Source: Candidatus Latescibacterota bacterium (GTDB taxonomy: Bacteria > Latescibacterota > UBA2968). Taken from it: a stretch of 64,000 nt of DNA. Each line of letters opens with the position of its first letter. The first letter of the stretch is position 1. Below are positions 20,535-30,803 of the stretch, piece by piece. The stretch lies in contig JAJEDY010000021.1 of assembly GCA_022821275.1 (NCBI GenBank), positions 6,016 to 70,015 of the forward strand. The letters are read 5' to 3'. Under the pieces are notes generated by a model. It was not told the DNA's origin. It saw nothing but the letters and a program-made list of their open reading frames with translations, and searched no databases. The position numbers and the translations under genes were made by a program.

Positions 20535-20983
20535 AAATTCTCGTTTTACAAGGTCCCAATATCAACATGCTGGGGCGGCGCAAAGCAGAGCACTACGGTA
20601 CTGTGACAATGGACGAGGTTCACGCACGTCTCGAACAAAAGGCGGATGGTCTGGATTGCGAGATTGCGTGTTTTCAGTCGAATTACGAGGGAGCACTCGT
20701 TGAAAAAGTGCAGGAGATGCGCGATTCTGTAGATGGTATTCTCATAAATCCCGCAGGGTTGACCACAACGAGCGTATCGCTGCGAGACGCGCTTGAAGAC
20801 GCGGGTTTACCACTGGTCGAAATTCATCTGTCCAATATCCACGCGCGGGAAGCATGGCGGCGGCATTCTCTGTTTTCTGAAATTGCAGTGGGTATTCTTG
20901 CCGGATTCAGGTGGCGAGGCTATGTGTCGGCGCTTGAGATGCTGGTCGGTATGTTGCGAGATGAAGTAAAAAGTGAGAGATGA
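20531..20983 (+). CDS. aroQ: Type II 3-dehydroquinate dehydratase
   Basis: GPNINMLGRR...YG, FQSNYEG, INPAG, EIHLSNIHARE. Confidence 0.96.
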   Translation: MKILVLQGPNINMLGRRKAEHYGTVTMDEVHARLEQKADGLDCEIACFQSNYEGALVEKVQEMRDSVDGILINPAGLTTTSVSLRDALEDAGLPLVEIHLSNIHAREAWRRHSLFSEIAVGILAGFRWRGYVSALEMLVGMLRDEVKSER

Positions 20984-21089
20984 GAAGTGTGAATCGGTGT
21001 ACAACTCTCACCTCTGTCCATCCTGTTATCCCGATCTATATCGGGGTTTTATCCTTCCTCCATCCTTCCTATTTACTCTCTTAACTTTT

Positions 21090-21818
21090 TCACTCCCGGT
21101 AAAGGTCAAATGTCTCTATAAATTGGGCGATAGATTCTGGCACGAGGTCGGTGATGGAATCTCCTGCTCGGATGCGTTTGCGTACCTCAGTAGAGGAAAT
21201 ATTGCCAAAGGATGGGGGTAGTTGAAGAGGGTGTACGCGGTTTGTAAAAGGCGCGCATTCGGGGCGTGACATAAATCTGTGAAAGACTGCCCGCGAAGGA
21301 TTTTCGCGGTTGGCAGATATAATGTGACACAGTGAAAATAGCACCGTGAGTTCAGCGATCATGTCGGTGTAATAGCGCGGATCAAAGATGCGTATCAGGG
21401 TGTCGTATCCGACGAGAAAGTAGATTTGGGTGTCGGGTGAATAATGTGCTCTGAGTGCGCGTGCTTTGTCGATAAAGCGGGCATGGCTACACCCAGCAAT
21501 TGACAGGCAGGTGCCCAATTGGGTATCAGAATCCGCGTAATTGACCATCATGGCGAGGCGTTGGCCCAGGTCTGCACCAAAGAGGGCTTTATCGACATTG
21601 GCTTTGGCGAGGAGGAGGACGATTTCGTCAAAGTTAAAAGCATTTTGTGCATGGTGTACAAGTGCTTCGTGGGCAAGGGTGAGCGGATTAAAGGATGCGT
21701 CGAGTACCCCGATATGTTTGGGTTGTGGAGGTGCGGCTCGATGTACAAATCGCACCGCAGGGGTATTGTGGGGATTGAGGCTATCTATGAGGGTGCGGTA
21801 GTTTTCAAGGGTGTCCAT
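21090..21818 (-). CDS. Nicotinate/nicotinamide-nucleotide adenylyltransferase family protein (NadD/Pof1-like)
   Basis: SFNPLTLAH (T/HxxH), FLVGYDT, ISSTEVR, LVPESIAQFIETFDLY. Confidence 0.8.
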   Translation of the reverse strand: MDTLENYRTLIDSLNPHNTPAVRFVHRAAPPQPKHIGVLDASFNPLTLAHEALVHHAQNAFNFDEIVLLLAKANVDKALFGADLGQRLAMMVNYADSDTQLGTCLSIAGCSHARFIDKARALRAHYSPDTQIYFLVGYDTLIRIFDPRYYTDMIAELTVLFSLCHIISANRENPSRAVFHRFMSRPECAPFTNRVHPLQLPPSFGNISSTEVRKRIRAGDSITDLVPESIAQFIETFDLYRE

Positions 21819-21866
21819 GATGAGAGAAATTTATGTTAGAGGCTGGTGTGGGGCAAGGAGAAATAC

Positions 21867-22634
21867 ATGAGGATATTACAGATGGTTTACCGATTGTTTT
21901 TAATGGCATTTGTCATTCTGTTTGCCAATCCCGTTGCGCCGTTGGCATCTGAGCGGGATGTGGAATCTATTGTGAGGAAAATCGACGAACTTTACCGCAG
22001 CAAAACCAGCGTGGCGGATATGGAGATGCAGATTGTTACGCCGCACTGGGAACGCACGCTGTCGCTGAGGGTGTGGACAAAGGGGATGGATAAGACGTTC
22101 ATCCGCATCGATGCGCCCAAAAAGGAAAAGGGCGTTACGACGCTGCGTATCGGCAACGAGATGTGGAACTATCTTCCAAAGACCAATAAGGTGATAAAAG
22201 TGCCGCCCTCGATGATGATGGGGTCGTGGATGGGGTCGGATTTTACAAATGACGACCTCGTCAAAGAGTCGTCAATGCTCAATGATTATACCTACGATCT
22301 GATTGTGCCGGATGACGCACAACCGGGTTTTCTGTACATCCGGTTCATTCCAAAGGAAGATTCTCCGATTGTTTGGGGCAAGCTCATCACGGCTGTGCGG
22401 GCAGATGATCTGATTCCGGTGTGGCAACATTTCTACGACGAGAAGGGCAATTTGATGCGGGTCTTGAATTTCAAGGAGATTGTGTCATTTGGCGGCAAGA
22501 CGATTCCATCTTTGATGGAGATGGTGCCGCAGAACAAGGACAGGCACAAAACCGTTATGCGTTATCTCAAGGCCGAGTTTGATGTGCAGATAGATGACGA
22601 TGTATTCACGCGGCGCAATCTTCAGAGGAAATGA
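21867..22634 (+). CDS. Outer-membrane lipoprotein-sorting (LolA-like) protein
   Basis: Signal peptide; P.KEKG...LR, WNYLP, SWMGSDFTNDDL, FTRRNL. Confidence 0.85.
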   Translation: MRILQMVYRLFLMAFVILFANPVAPLASERDVESIVRKIDELYRSKTSVADMEMQIVTPHWERTLSLRVWTKGMDKTFIRIDAPKKEKGVTTLRIGNEMWNYLPKTNKVIKVPPSMMMGSWMGSDFTNDDLVKESSMLNDYTYDLIVPDDAQPGFLYIRFIPKEDSPIVWGKLITAVRADDLIPVWQHFYDEKGNLMRVLNFKEIVSFGGKTIPSLMEMVPQNKDRHKTVMRYLKAEFDVQIDDDVFTRRNLQRK

Positions 22635-23845
22635 CGATGCTCAAAATAGCATTTCGCAATATCTTCCGCCAGAGGCGGCGTACTGTGCTGACTGCGCTTG
22701 CAATGATCGTGGGGTTCACGCTTTCGTCGGTCTTTATTGGCTGGTCAGATGGCGCGTATTCAGATATTATTTCAATGTTCACGAGGAATCGCATCGGGCA
22801 TATTCAGGTGCATCGCGCGGGCTATCTCGACAAGCCGTCGCTTTACGATGTGATCGAGGGTTATGAATCTATTGGCGAAAAAATTGCCGGGGTTGATGGG
22901 GTAGAGGCATGGACGCCGCGTATCTATTCGGCGGGGCTCGGTTCGGTGGGCGATAAGACAATGGGAGTGCAAATTATCGGCGTGGATGTGGGGCGCGAGG
23001 TGAAGGCCACGCAGTTTGATCGAAAGATCACCAGAGGGGCGATATTTTCAGACGCCGCGCGCGAAGCGATTCTCGGCGTTGGATTGGCGCGTATTTTGAA
23101 GGCGGATGTAGGTCGCGAAATTGTGCTCGTCACACAGGGAACAGATGGTGCTATCGCCAATGATTTGTACACGATTATCGGCATTGCGAAAAGCGGCGAT
23201 AAAGCGACTGATCGGATGGCGTGCTATCTCCATATCAATGACGCGCAGGACTTGCTCGTGCTCAATGGGCGCGTTCACGAAATTGCCGTGATCGCTGAAG
23301 CGTTGGATCGCGTTCCCAAAATCACCGCTGCGATTGAGGCACAGATCAACGATGCAAAGCTCGAGGTATCGCCGTGGCAGGTCGTCGCCAAATCATTTTA
23401 TCGCGCAATGCAGGCCGATAGACAGGGCGATCTTATCGGGCGCATGATTATTATGCTGATTGTCGCTATTGGCGTGCTGAATACGGTGTTGATGTCGGTT
23501 TTAGAACGCACGCGAGAGTACGGCGTGTTGAAAGCGATGGGGACAAAGCCGAGTCAGATCTTTGGCGTGGTGGTGGCTGAGGTGACGTTCATCGCGCTTG
23601 GTAGCATTATCATTGGCGCAATGTGTGGCGCGAGTCTCAATTATTTGCTGTCTATCTACGGCATTTCACTGCCGCAAGAGTTCTCCTATGGGGGTATTGT
23701 GTTTCAGACGATGTACGCCGCGGTCACTGTGCGAAGCCTTGCAATTCCCGCAGTTACGGTTCTTGTCTCTGCAATTTTTGTCAGCCTGTTTCCCGCGCTG
23801 AGAGCTGCGCGAATTGCCCCGGCCAGCGCGATGAGAACGCATTAG
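22631..23845 (+). CDS. ABC transporter permease, MacB/FtsX/LolE-like
   Basis: KIAFRNIFRQRRRT, GHIQVH, VLNTVLMSVLERTREYGVLKAMG, PALRAARI. Confidence 0.92.
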   Translation: MTMLKIAFRNIFRQRRRTVLTALAMIVGFTLSSVFIGWSDGAYSDIISMFTRNRIGHIQVHRAGYLDKPSLYDVIEGYESIGEKIAGVDGVEAWTPRIYSAGLGSVGDKTMGVQIIGVDVGREVKATQFDRKITRGAIFSDAAREAILGVGLARILKADVGREIVLVTQGTDGAIANDLYTIIGIAKSGDKATDRMACYLHINDAQDLLVLNGRVHEIAVIAEALDRVPKITAAIEAQINDAKLEVSPWQVVAKSFYRAMQADRQGDLIGRMIIMLIVAIGVLNTVLMSVLERTREYGVLKAMGTKPSQIFGVVVAEVTFIALGSIIIGAMCGASLNYLLSIYGISLPQEFSYGGIVFQTMYAAVTVRSLAIPAVTVLVSAIFVSLFPALRAARIAPASAMRTH

Positions 23846-23850
23846 GAACT

Positions 23851-25080
23851 ATGTCCTGGATACTGATAAAGCTCGCGTGGAAGAATCTCTTTCGGCATAA
23901 ACGCCGCTCCATCATTGCTGCGACAGCGATGGGAATTGGTCTTGCTGCTCTTATCTTTGCCGATGCACTCTGGTTGGGGATGGAGCAGAACATGGTCAAA
24001 ACGGCGACGGCGTCATTTCTGGGAGATGGACAGATTCATCGAGAGGGGTTTTCCGACGAGCAGGTAGTCGAGTTGACGATTAACCAGCTCAATGCGGTGG
24101 TCGCCGATCTTCGGCGGGATGGTATCGTGGCGCACTTCACCTTACGGACATTCGCCTTTGGTATGATAACTTCACCCGCAACTGTCGCGGCGGTCAATCT
24201 CGTGGGTGTGGATCCATCTACCGAACAGTATCTGTCTCTAATTGACGATGCGATTATTGAGGGCGCGTATTTTGAGGGATCAAATCCGCGGGATATTGTC
24301 ATCGGTGAGGAACTCGTGGAACGCCTTGAGGTGGGGTTAAACGACAGGGTTGTCGTGACGGTGGCGCAAGCCGGGAGCGGCGATCTCTCGCAAGAGATGT
24401 TTCGCGTTTCTGGTATTTATCGTTTTGCCGACGAGGAAATGAACAGCGGCATGGCGTTTATCCGATTGGGGAAGGCGCAGCAGATGCTCGCACTCGGCGC
24501 AGGGACGCACGAGATCGCGCTGAAGTTCATTGATTCGACATTAGCCGAGGATCAGAATCTGCCGTTTTGGAGAACTTATTCGCAAGGGGGAAACAAAGCG
24601 CGCAGTTGGACAGAGGTTTTGCCAGAGGTGCAAGCGATGTTCGAGATGTCGAAGTTCAGCAAGTACATTATGGGTGTTGTGCTGTTTGGCGTGGTTGTTT
24701 TTGGCATTGTCAATACGCTGTTTATGTCGCTTTACGAACGGATGTTTGAATTTGGCGTGTTGCGAGCAATTGGCACGCGGTCGTTTGGCATGGCGCGACT
24801 GATTCTGTTTGAGGCAGGGGCGTTGGCAGTTCTGGGTATTGTTTTGGGTACGATTTTTGGGTTCTGTGTCACTTTAATTTTTGCGACGATTGGCATTGAC
24901 TATACGGGGATCGAGATGATGGGAATCACCATGCAGGAGTTGATCTATCCTGAGATGCGTATCCAGCCGTTCATTTTTTATTCGATCTGGATCTTTGTCT
25001 TCACGCTTATCGCGGGGCTGTATCCGGCGCGGTATGCGGCGAAGATGTCTGTGGCAACGGCGATGCGAAAGAGTTTCTGA
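23851..25080 (+). CDS. ABC transporter permease, MacB/FtsX/LolE-like
   Basis: KLAWKNLFRHKRRS, IVNTLFMSLYERMFEFGVLRAIG, YPARYAAK. Confidence 0.92.
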   Translation: MSWILIKLAWKNLFRHKRRSIIAATAMGIGLAALIFADALWLGMEQNMVKTATASFLGDGQIHREGFSDEQVVELTINQLNAVVADLRRDGIVAHFTLRTFAFGMITSPATVAAVNLVGVDPSTEQYLSLIDDAIIEGAYFEGSNPRDIVIGEELVERLEVGLNDRVVVTVAQAGSGDLSQEMFRVSGIYRFADEEMNSGMAFIRLGKAQQMLALGAGTHEIALKFIDSTLAEDQNLPFWRTYSQGGNKARSWTEVLPEVQAMFEMSKFSKYIMGVVLFGVVVFGIVNTLFMSLYERMFEFGVLRAIGTRSFGMARLILFEAGALAVLGIVLGTIFGFCVTLIFATIGIDYTGIEMMGITMQELIYPEMRIQPFIFYSIWIFVFTLIAGLYPARYAAKMSVATAMRKSF

Positions 25081-25091
25081 AGGAGATATCC

Positions 25092-25784
25092 GTGGCACCT
25101 GTCATTGTGACAGAAGGAGTGACCAGGGTTTATTCGGACGATGGCGTGCCCGTTCACGCCTTGCGCGGGATTGATTTGACCATTGAGCGAGGTGAATTTG
25201 CGGCGTTGGTTGGGCCATCTGGGTCTGGAAAAACGACTTTTCTCAATGTCATCTCTGGGCTGGATACACCAACAGATGGAAAGGTATGGCTCAATGGCAA
25301 ACTTTTGTCGCGTATGAGCGGTAACGCGCTTTCGGATTTTCGACGGGACAATATCGGATTTGTTTTTCAAGCGTACAATTTGATTCCTGTGCTGACCGTC
25401 GAGGAGAATATCGAATACATCATGCTCCTGCAAAAGATACCCAAAGCTGAACGGCACGAGCGCGTGCTGGCGATACTGGATGAGGTGGGATTGGGTGGGA
25501 TGGAGAGTCGCAAGCCGACGCAACTTTCGGGTGGACAGCAGCAGCGGGTCGCTATTGCGCGGGCTATGGTGTCTCAGCCCGCGACTATTATGGCGGATGA
25601 ACCGACAGCGAATCTCGATTCAAAGATTGGCGCAGAGTTGCTCGATATGATGTATCGGCTCAATATGCAGACTGAAATGACATTTATTTTTTCTACGCAC
25701 GACCCGATGGTGATGGCGCGCGCGCGGCGGCTGATTACGCTGAAAGATGGACAGATTGAGCGCGATGAGGTGAGGTCGCCATGA
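25092..25784 (+). CDS. ABC transporter ATP-binding protein (LolD/MacB-like)
   Basis: GPSGSGKTT, LSGGQQQRVAIARA, ADEPTANLD, STHD. Confidence 0.96.
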   Translation: MAPVIVTEGVTRVYSDDGVPVHALRGIDLTIERGEFAALVGPSGSGKTTFLNVISGLDTPTDGKVWLNGKLLSRMSGNALSDFRRDNIGFVFQAYNLIPVLTVEENIEYIMLLQKIPKAERHERVLAILDEVGLGGMESRKPTQLSGGQQQRVAIARAMVSQPATIMADEPTANLDSKIGAELLDMMYRLNMQTEMTFIFSTHDPMVMARARRLITLKDGQIERDEVRSP

Positions 25785-26950
25785 GATGGCTCGTTGGGCC
25801 AATGATTGTGCTTTTGCCACATGTCGGCATGACTGCACAACTGAGCGGTTTTTACAAGAGTTTTTCCGTCGCCTTTGATTCGCCACACGCGGGTGTTCCT
25901 GTGAGGGGTATGGTGAGTAATCGGCTGCGGATTAATCTCGCCAATTCGTTCAGTGAGTACATGTCGTTTGATCTCGCCTACGACTTTATCCTGCGTATTC
26001 AGAATGAGAACCGGGCGGAGGTCCTTACCATTGATCCGCACGATTACCGCGTTGCCGATCTGAGATCGCCTATTTATCCCGGCGACAATGAATTCAGTAG
26101 CGTCGGTGTGTTTCAAAACTTCGACCGCGCCAGTGTGACAACTCGGTTGCCATTTGCAGATGTGATTGTCGGGCGCCAGGCAATTGCGTGGGGAAGTGCG
26201 CGGGTCGTCAATCCGACGGATGTGATTGCGCCGTTTATCTATAGTGAATTAGATACGGAAGATCGACCCGGTGTCGATGCCGTGCGCGTGCGCCTTCCGA
26301 TTGGAGCATTGAGCGAAGTCGATGTGGGGTATGTGTTTGGGCGGGACTTCGCGGTTGATCAGAGCGCGTTTTTTGCCCGCAGTCAATTCAATGTGGCGGA
26401 AACCGATGTGTCGCCGCTGTTCGTCCATTTTCGCGAGCAGTTGCTCGTTGGTATTGATGTTGCGCGTGGTATTGGGAGTGTTGGTGCGTGGATAGAAGGT
26501 ACTCGCGTTTTTACGATGGGACGAGATGCTGCGATTAGCGACTATTTTCGCATATCTACGGGCGCGGATTACAGTTTCGGTGAGACTTATGGATTCATCG
26601 AATATCATTTCAATGGAGCGGGGGTGCGCGATCCAGAAGATTATCTCGTCAACTTAAATCGCTCGATATATCGCGATGCCGCTGTCTATCTTATGGGCGC
26701 TCACTACTTCGCGCTCGGTGCCACCCATCAATTCACGCCGCTGGTCGCGTTGAGCGGACAGTTTCTCGCAAATGTCACAGATCCTTCATTCTTTTTTGCA
26801 CCTGCTATCGAATACAATATCGAGCAAGATTTCTACCTTTCTGCGGGTGCGTTTATAGGTATTGGCGATCGTCCACAGGGTGAGTATTTCCAATCTGAGT
26901 TCGGCGGGTATTCCAATATCCTGTTTCTTTCGTTCCGGATTTACTACTGA
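25781..26950 (+). CDS. Probable outer-membrane beta-barrel protein of the LolA-like/ABC cassette
   Basis: Signal peptide, GRQAIAWG..NPTD, GVDA, alternating aromatic strands, C-terminal FRIYY. Confidence 0.7.
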   Translation: MRWLVGPMIVLLPHVGMTAQLSGFYKSFSVAFDSPHAGVPVRGMVSNRLRINLANSFSEYMSFDLAYDFILRIQNENRAEVLTIDPHDYRVADLRSPIYPGDNEFSSVGVFQNFDRASVTTRLPFADVIVGRQAIAWGSARVVNPTDVIAPFIYSELDTEDRPGVDAVRVRLPIGALSEVDVGYVFGRDFAVDQSAFFARSQFNVAETDVSPLFVHFREQLLVGIDVARGIGSVGAWIEGTRVFTMGRDAAISDYFRISTGADYSFGETYGFIEYHFNGAGVRDPEDYLVNLNRSIYRDAAVYLMGAHYFALGATHQFTPLVALSGQFLANVTDPSFFFAPAIEYNIEQDFYLSAGAFIGIGDRPQGEYFQSEFGGYSNILFLSFRIYY

Positions 26951-27055
26951 CGCAAGCCAGACTTTGATCATTTTTCTTGACTTCACCTTTACTACGCGTT
27001 TTCATATCAGCGCAACGGAGATAACTGATAACAGTTTTTTTTAGGAGGTAACGCG

Positions 27056-27919
27056 ATGCATGTGGGTATGCGAATCCCGCCGATGGGGCGGGAAATGGGT
27101 CTGGATGGCATTATTCAGTGGGCAGCAGAAAATGGTTTGGGGTCGATTGATTTGCCAGAAGTAGATGCTGAAATTCGCAAGTTGTGTGACAGTGCTGGGA
27201 TTGGAATTGGTACTGTGGATTGGGGAGCAGGCGGTGGGTTATTGAGTAAAGATGAAGGTGCGCGAGAAGAAGCTGTAGCCGCGATGAAAGCGCGCATTCA
27301 GGCAGTTGGTGAATACGGTTCAGGGGTGATTTTTTTATGTTTGGCTCCCGATGACCGATTGCAGGCACGGGCTGAGACATTTGAGGTGTTCAAGCAGGTT
27401 TATCCAGAGGTTGTGAAAGAGGCAGAAGCACACGGGGTTTTTCTCGCTATAGAACCCTGGCCCGGTCCGGCGCCTGCGTATCCGAATTTGGGTTGTACAC
27501 CCGAGACCTTGCGAGCGGTTTTTGAGGTTGTTCCGTCACCCAATCTGGGTATTTGTTACGATCCGTCGCATTTTGCGCGCATCGGGGTCGATTACAAGCG
27601 GGTACTGATGGAGTTTGGCAGCCGGGTGCGGCATGTGCATGCAAAGGATACCGAATTGTTGGCGGATGGATTGTACGAGTTTGGCTGTTTGGGCCAATCG
27701 TTTGGGCAGCGCTACGGTTATGGCGAGGGGTGGTGGCGTTACTGCATTCCCGGTTGGGGCGTGGTGGATTGGAAATGGGTGATTGCGCGTCTGGAAGAAT
27801 TGGGCTATGACGGGCCGCTGGCCATTGAATTGGAAGATCACCGCTACAGCGGTAGTGCCGAAAAGAATGCAGCGGGTATTTTGGCTGCGAAAAGCTATCT
27901 CGAAGATATTTTGGGATGA
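27056..27919 (+). CDS. Sugar phosphate isomerase/epimerase (TIM barrel)
   Basis: AIEP, YDPSH, HVHAKD, PGWGVVDW, GYDGPLAIELED. Confidence 0.88.
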   Translation: MHVGMRIPPMGREMGLDGIIQWAAENGLGSIDLPEVDAEIRKLCDSAGIGIGTVDWGAGGGLLSKDEGAREEAVAAMKARIQAVGEYGSGVIFLCLAPDDRLQARAETFEVFKQVYPEVVKEAEAHGVFLAIEPWPGPAPAYPNLGCTPETLRAVFEVVPSPNLGICYDPSHFARIGVDYKRVLMEFGSRVRHVHAKDTELLADGLYEFGCLGQSFGQRYGYGEGWWRYCIPGWGVVDWKWVIARLEELGYDGPLAIELEDHRYSGSAEKNAAGILAAKSYLEDILG

Positions 27920-27941
27920 ATCATTCGGTACCGAGCAAGGC

Positions 27942-27978
27942 AAAGCCTCCACAAGCGATGTACTGTGGAGGCTTTTTG
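27942..27978. terminator. Bidirectional intrinsic terminator
   Basis: AAAGCCTCCACA...TGTGGAGGCTTTTT between convergent genes. Confidence 0.8.
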
Positions 27979-27996
27979 TCTTTTAAGTAGTAATGC

Positions 27997-28878
27997 TTAT
28001 AGGGCGCGTTTCATTGTTGCGCCCATTTCGGCGGGGCTTTCGCACACGTGAATGCCGGCTTCTCGAAGCGCGGTCATTTTGTCGGCGGCGGTGCCCTGGC
28101 CGCCAGAGATAATTGCGCCTGCGTGCCCCATGCGTCGCCCCGGAGGCGCTGTTTGGCCCGCAATAAAACTGACTACGGGTTTGCCAAAGTGCGCTTTGAT
28201 ATAAGCGGCTGCTTCTTCTTCTGCGGTGCCGCCAATTTCCCCGATCATGATGACGGCATCTGTGTCGGGGTCGTCCTTGAAGAGCGCGAGGCAGTCTGTG
28301 AAGGTTGTGCCAATGATTGGGTCGCCGCCAATGCCCACACACGAGGATTGACCAAAGCCACTGTCGGTGAGTTGAGAGACAGCTTCATAGGTGAGTGTGC
28401 CGCTGCGCGAAATAACACCAATGTGACCTTCGCGGTGAATGGCGCCGGGCATAATGCCGATTTTGCACTTGCCCGGAGAAATCAGGCCCGGACAATTGGG
28501 GCCGATCAAGCGCGTGTTTTTATCGGTCAGATAGTGTTTGGCTTTTAGCATGTCGAGCACGGGAATGTTCTCGGAGATGCAAACGACCAGAGGTAAGTCT
28601 GCATCGGCTGCTTCCATGATGGTGTCGGCAGCAAAGGGCGCGGGAACAAAATTGGCCGATGCCGTGGCACCTGTTTGTTCTACGGCATCGGATACAGTGT
28701 CAAAAACGGGTATGCCATCCACGCTCTCGCCGCCTTTGCCCGCGTTGACCACGCCGACGATTTGAGTGCCGTATTCGACCATTTGTTGCAGATGAAATCG
28801 CGCTTCGCCACCCATTGCCCTGCTGCTGGAAAAGCTCTGGACGATTACGCGGGTGTTGCTGTCAATGAGGATGCTCAT
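27997..28878 (-). CDS. sucD: Succinyl-CoA synthetase alpha subunit
   Basis: [36 protein letters not shown]. Confidence 0.97.
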   Translation of the reverse strand: MSILIDSNTRVIVQSFSSSRAMGGEARFHLQQMVEYGTQIVGVVNAGKGGESVDGIPVFDTVSDAVEQTGATASANFVPAPFAADTIMEAADADLPLVVCISENIPVLDMLKAKHYLTDKNTRLIGPNCPGLISPGKCKIGIMPGAIHREGHIGVISRSGTLTYEAVSQLTDSGFGQSSCVGIGGDPIIGTTFTDCLALFKDDPDTDAVIMIGEIGGTAEEEAAAYIKAHFGKPVVSFIAGQTAPPGRRMGHAGAIISGGQGTAADKMTALREAGIHVCESPAEMGATMKRAL

Positions 28879-28899
28879 AAAATCTCCAGTTTTCGTTTA

Positions 28900-29577
28900 C
28901 TAAAGAGTTCGTTCTTCAATTGTGCCATCTGTTTTGCCGATGATGATGCGATCTGTCAGGTCAATAAAAAGGCCGCATTCGACCACGCCGCACAAGGCGT
29001 TGATTTTTGCTTCGAGCGCGGGCGGGTCGTCGATGTGCCCAAAATCGCAATCGATGATGTAATTGCCGTTGTCTGTGACAAAAGGGGCGTTGTCCTGCGC
29101 ATTGCGAAGTGCGGGGTGACAGCCCAGGTCTGCGAGCAGGCGTTGTATGGCTTGCCAGCCAAATGGGATGACCTCAACGGGCAGGGGAAAAGCTCCCAGA
29201 TGTGCCACTGGTTTAGATTCGTCGGCGACGATGATTTCCCTATCGGATAGAGAGGCAACGATTTTTTCTCGCAAAAGCGCACCGCCGCCACCTTTTATGA
29301 GATTAAAGTCCGGGTCAAATTCATCCGCGCCGTCAATGGTTAAGTCAATGCGGGTAACTTTGCCGAAGTTGATGAGTGGAATATTTTCCGATTCTGCCTG
29401 AATGCGCGATTGTTCTGAGGTGGGTATGCCGCATATATCGAGTCCTTCAGCGATGCGCTGGCCGAGCTTCTGAATTGCAAAAAAAGCCGTTGATCCCGTG
29501 CCCAGACCGACGACCATGCCATCTTCGACATATTCGGCAGCCCGTTCTCCTGATAGTTGCTTGGGGTTAATTGTCAT
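28900..29577 (-). CDS. rpiA: Ribose-5-phosphate isomerase A
   Basis: GLGTGST, IDGADE, IKGGGGALLREKIV, TDNGN. Confidence 0.97.
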   Translation of the reverse strand: MTINPKQLSGERAAEYVEDGMVVGLGTGSTAFFAIQKLGQRIAEGLDICGIPTSEQSRIQAESENIPLINFGKVTRIDLTIDGADEFDPDFNLIKGGGGALLREKIVASLSDREIIVADESKPVAHLGAFPLPVEVIPFGWQAIQRLLADLGCHPALRNAQDNAPFVTDNGNYIIDCDFGHIDDPPALEAKINALCGVVECGLFIDLTDRIIIGKTDGTIEERTL

Positions 29578-29749
29578 ATCTGTTCCATCCCTCGTGATAA
29601 AAACAAGCCAAAGATAAACGGAAGATAGTGTTTTGGCAATAATTTTGACCCAACGGGCACGGTATTTTTTTATTTATTTTTTTTCGAAATTGTCATACTC
29701 TATCAAACAGGTAGGGCAAAGTTGAATGTGATTAAATTCGGAGAAAACG

Positions 29750-30586
29750 ATGGCTTATCGCACATTGGAAGATTTTTTTGGTGATATTGTGGGGAAAGCG
29801 CGTCGGGGACAGGGGATTTCGGAAGCGGAACTGGCGCAGCAGGTGGGGCTTAGTGTTCGACAAATCGGACAAATAGAATCGTACGAACTGACGCCCGATG
29901 ATCAGGCCATTTGCCGACTTGCAGATGCACTTCATCTCGATGGCGAAAAATTGGTAGCGGTGGCGCGTGGATGGGTGCCAACGAAGGGCAATGCGGCATT
30001 TGAAGACGAGAATATGCGGGTTGATCGATTGATTCTCGATGCGGGTATGACGGTGAATTGTTATGTGCTAACGTGTAAGACGTCGGGCAAAGGCGCTGTG
30101 ATTGATCCCGGCGGGCAGACGCAGTTGATTTTGGACGCGATTGCCGATATACAGGTGACGCATATTTTGCTCACACACGGGCACGGCGATCACGTTGGGG
30201 CACTCGAGGCCGTTGCCAATGCGACACAGGCGCAGGTATGTGGTTGCGAGCGCGATTTTGCGTTGATGGGCGGGCGCAGCAGGCGGGTGACTGAACAGGT
30301 AGATGAAGGGTGGCAAACAGCGGTTGGCGAGCTCGGTATCGATACGGTGAGTTTGCCCGGGCACACGGGGGGGGGCATTGGGTATTATACGGCACCCGTG
30401 TTTTTTTCGGGCGACGCGCTATTTGCGGGTTCTCTGGGAGGGGCGAGAGGAGATGCCTACCGGGGGCAAATTCAGGCCGTGCGTACAAAGGTGCTCTCTC
30501 TACCGGGAGAAACGACCGTTTTTCCCGGTCATGGTCCGATTACATCTGTGGCGCAAGAGCTGGCGCACAATCCCTATTTTGTTTGA
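29750..30586 (+). CDS. XRE-type HTH fused to MBL-fold metallo-hydrolase
   Basis: N-terminal GISEAELAQQVGLSVRQIGQIES HTH; THGHGDH, PGHT, SGDALF, PGHGP. Confidence 0.88.
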   Translation: MAYRTLEDFFGDIVGKARRGQGISEAELAQQVGLSVRQIGQIESYELTPDDQAICRLADALHLDGEKLVAVARGWVPTKGNAAFEDENMRVDRLILDAGMTVNCYVLTCKTSGKGAVIDPGGQTQLILDAIADIQVTHILLTHGHGDHVGALEAVANATQAQVCGCERDFALMGGRSRRVTEQVDEGWQTAVGELGIDTVSLPGHTGGGIGYYTAPVFFSGDALFAGSLGGARGDAYRGQIQAVRTKVLSLPGETTVFPGHGPITSVAQELAHNPYFV

Positions 30587-30605
30587 GATGGATTTGGGAA
30601 CTTTT

Positions 30606-30803
30606 TTATTCTTTTTCGGATGTCTGGGTTTCAACCCATTGCCCAATGGCCTGCCGAATGGATTCGACTGCGGCTTTTTTGCGCTCGAGGCGGTCAATAT
30701 GCACGCGTAGCTGATCGATTTGTGCGTCGAGTTCTTGAAGTTCACCATTTGCTGCTTCAAGTGCTTGTTGATACAGAGGTTCGCTTTGGGTCGGTTCTGC
30801 CAT
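30606..30803 (-). CDS. Small coiled-coil hypothetical protein
   Basis: 65 aa heptad-rich ORF with AAGGAG RBS. Confidence 0.65.
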   Translation of the reverse strand: MAEPTQSEPLYQQALEAANGELQELDAQIDQLRVHIDRLERKKAAVESIRQAIGQWVETQTSEKE

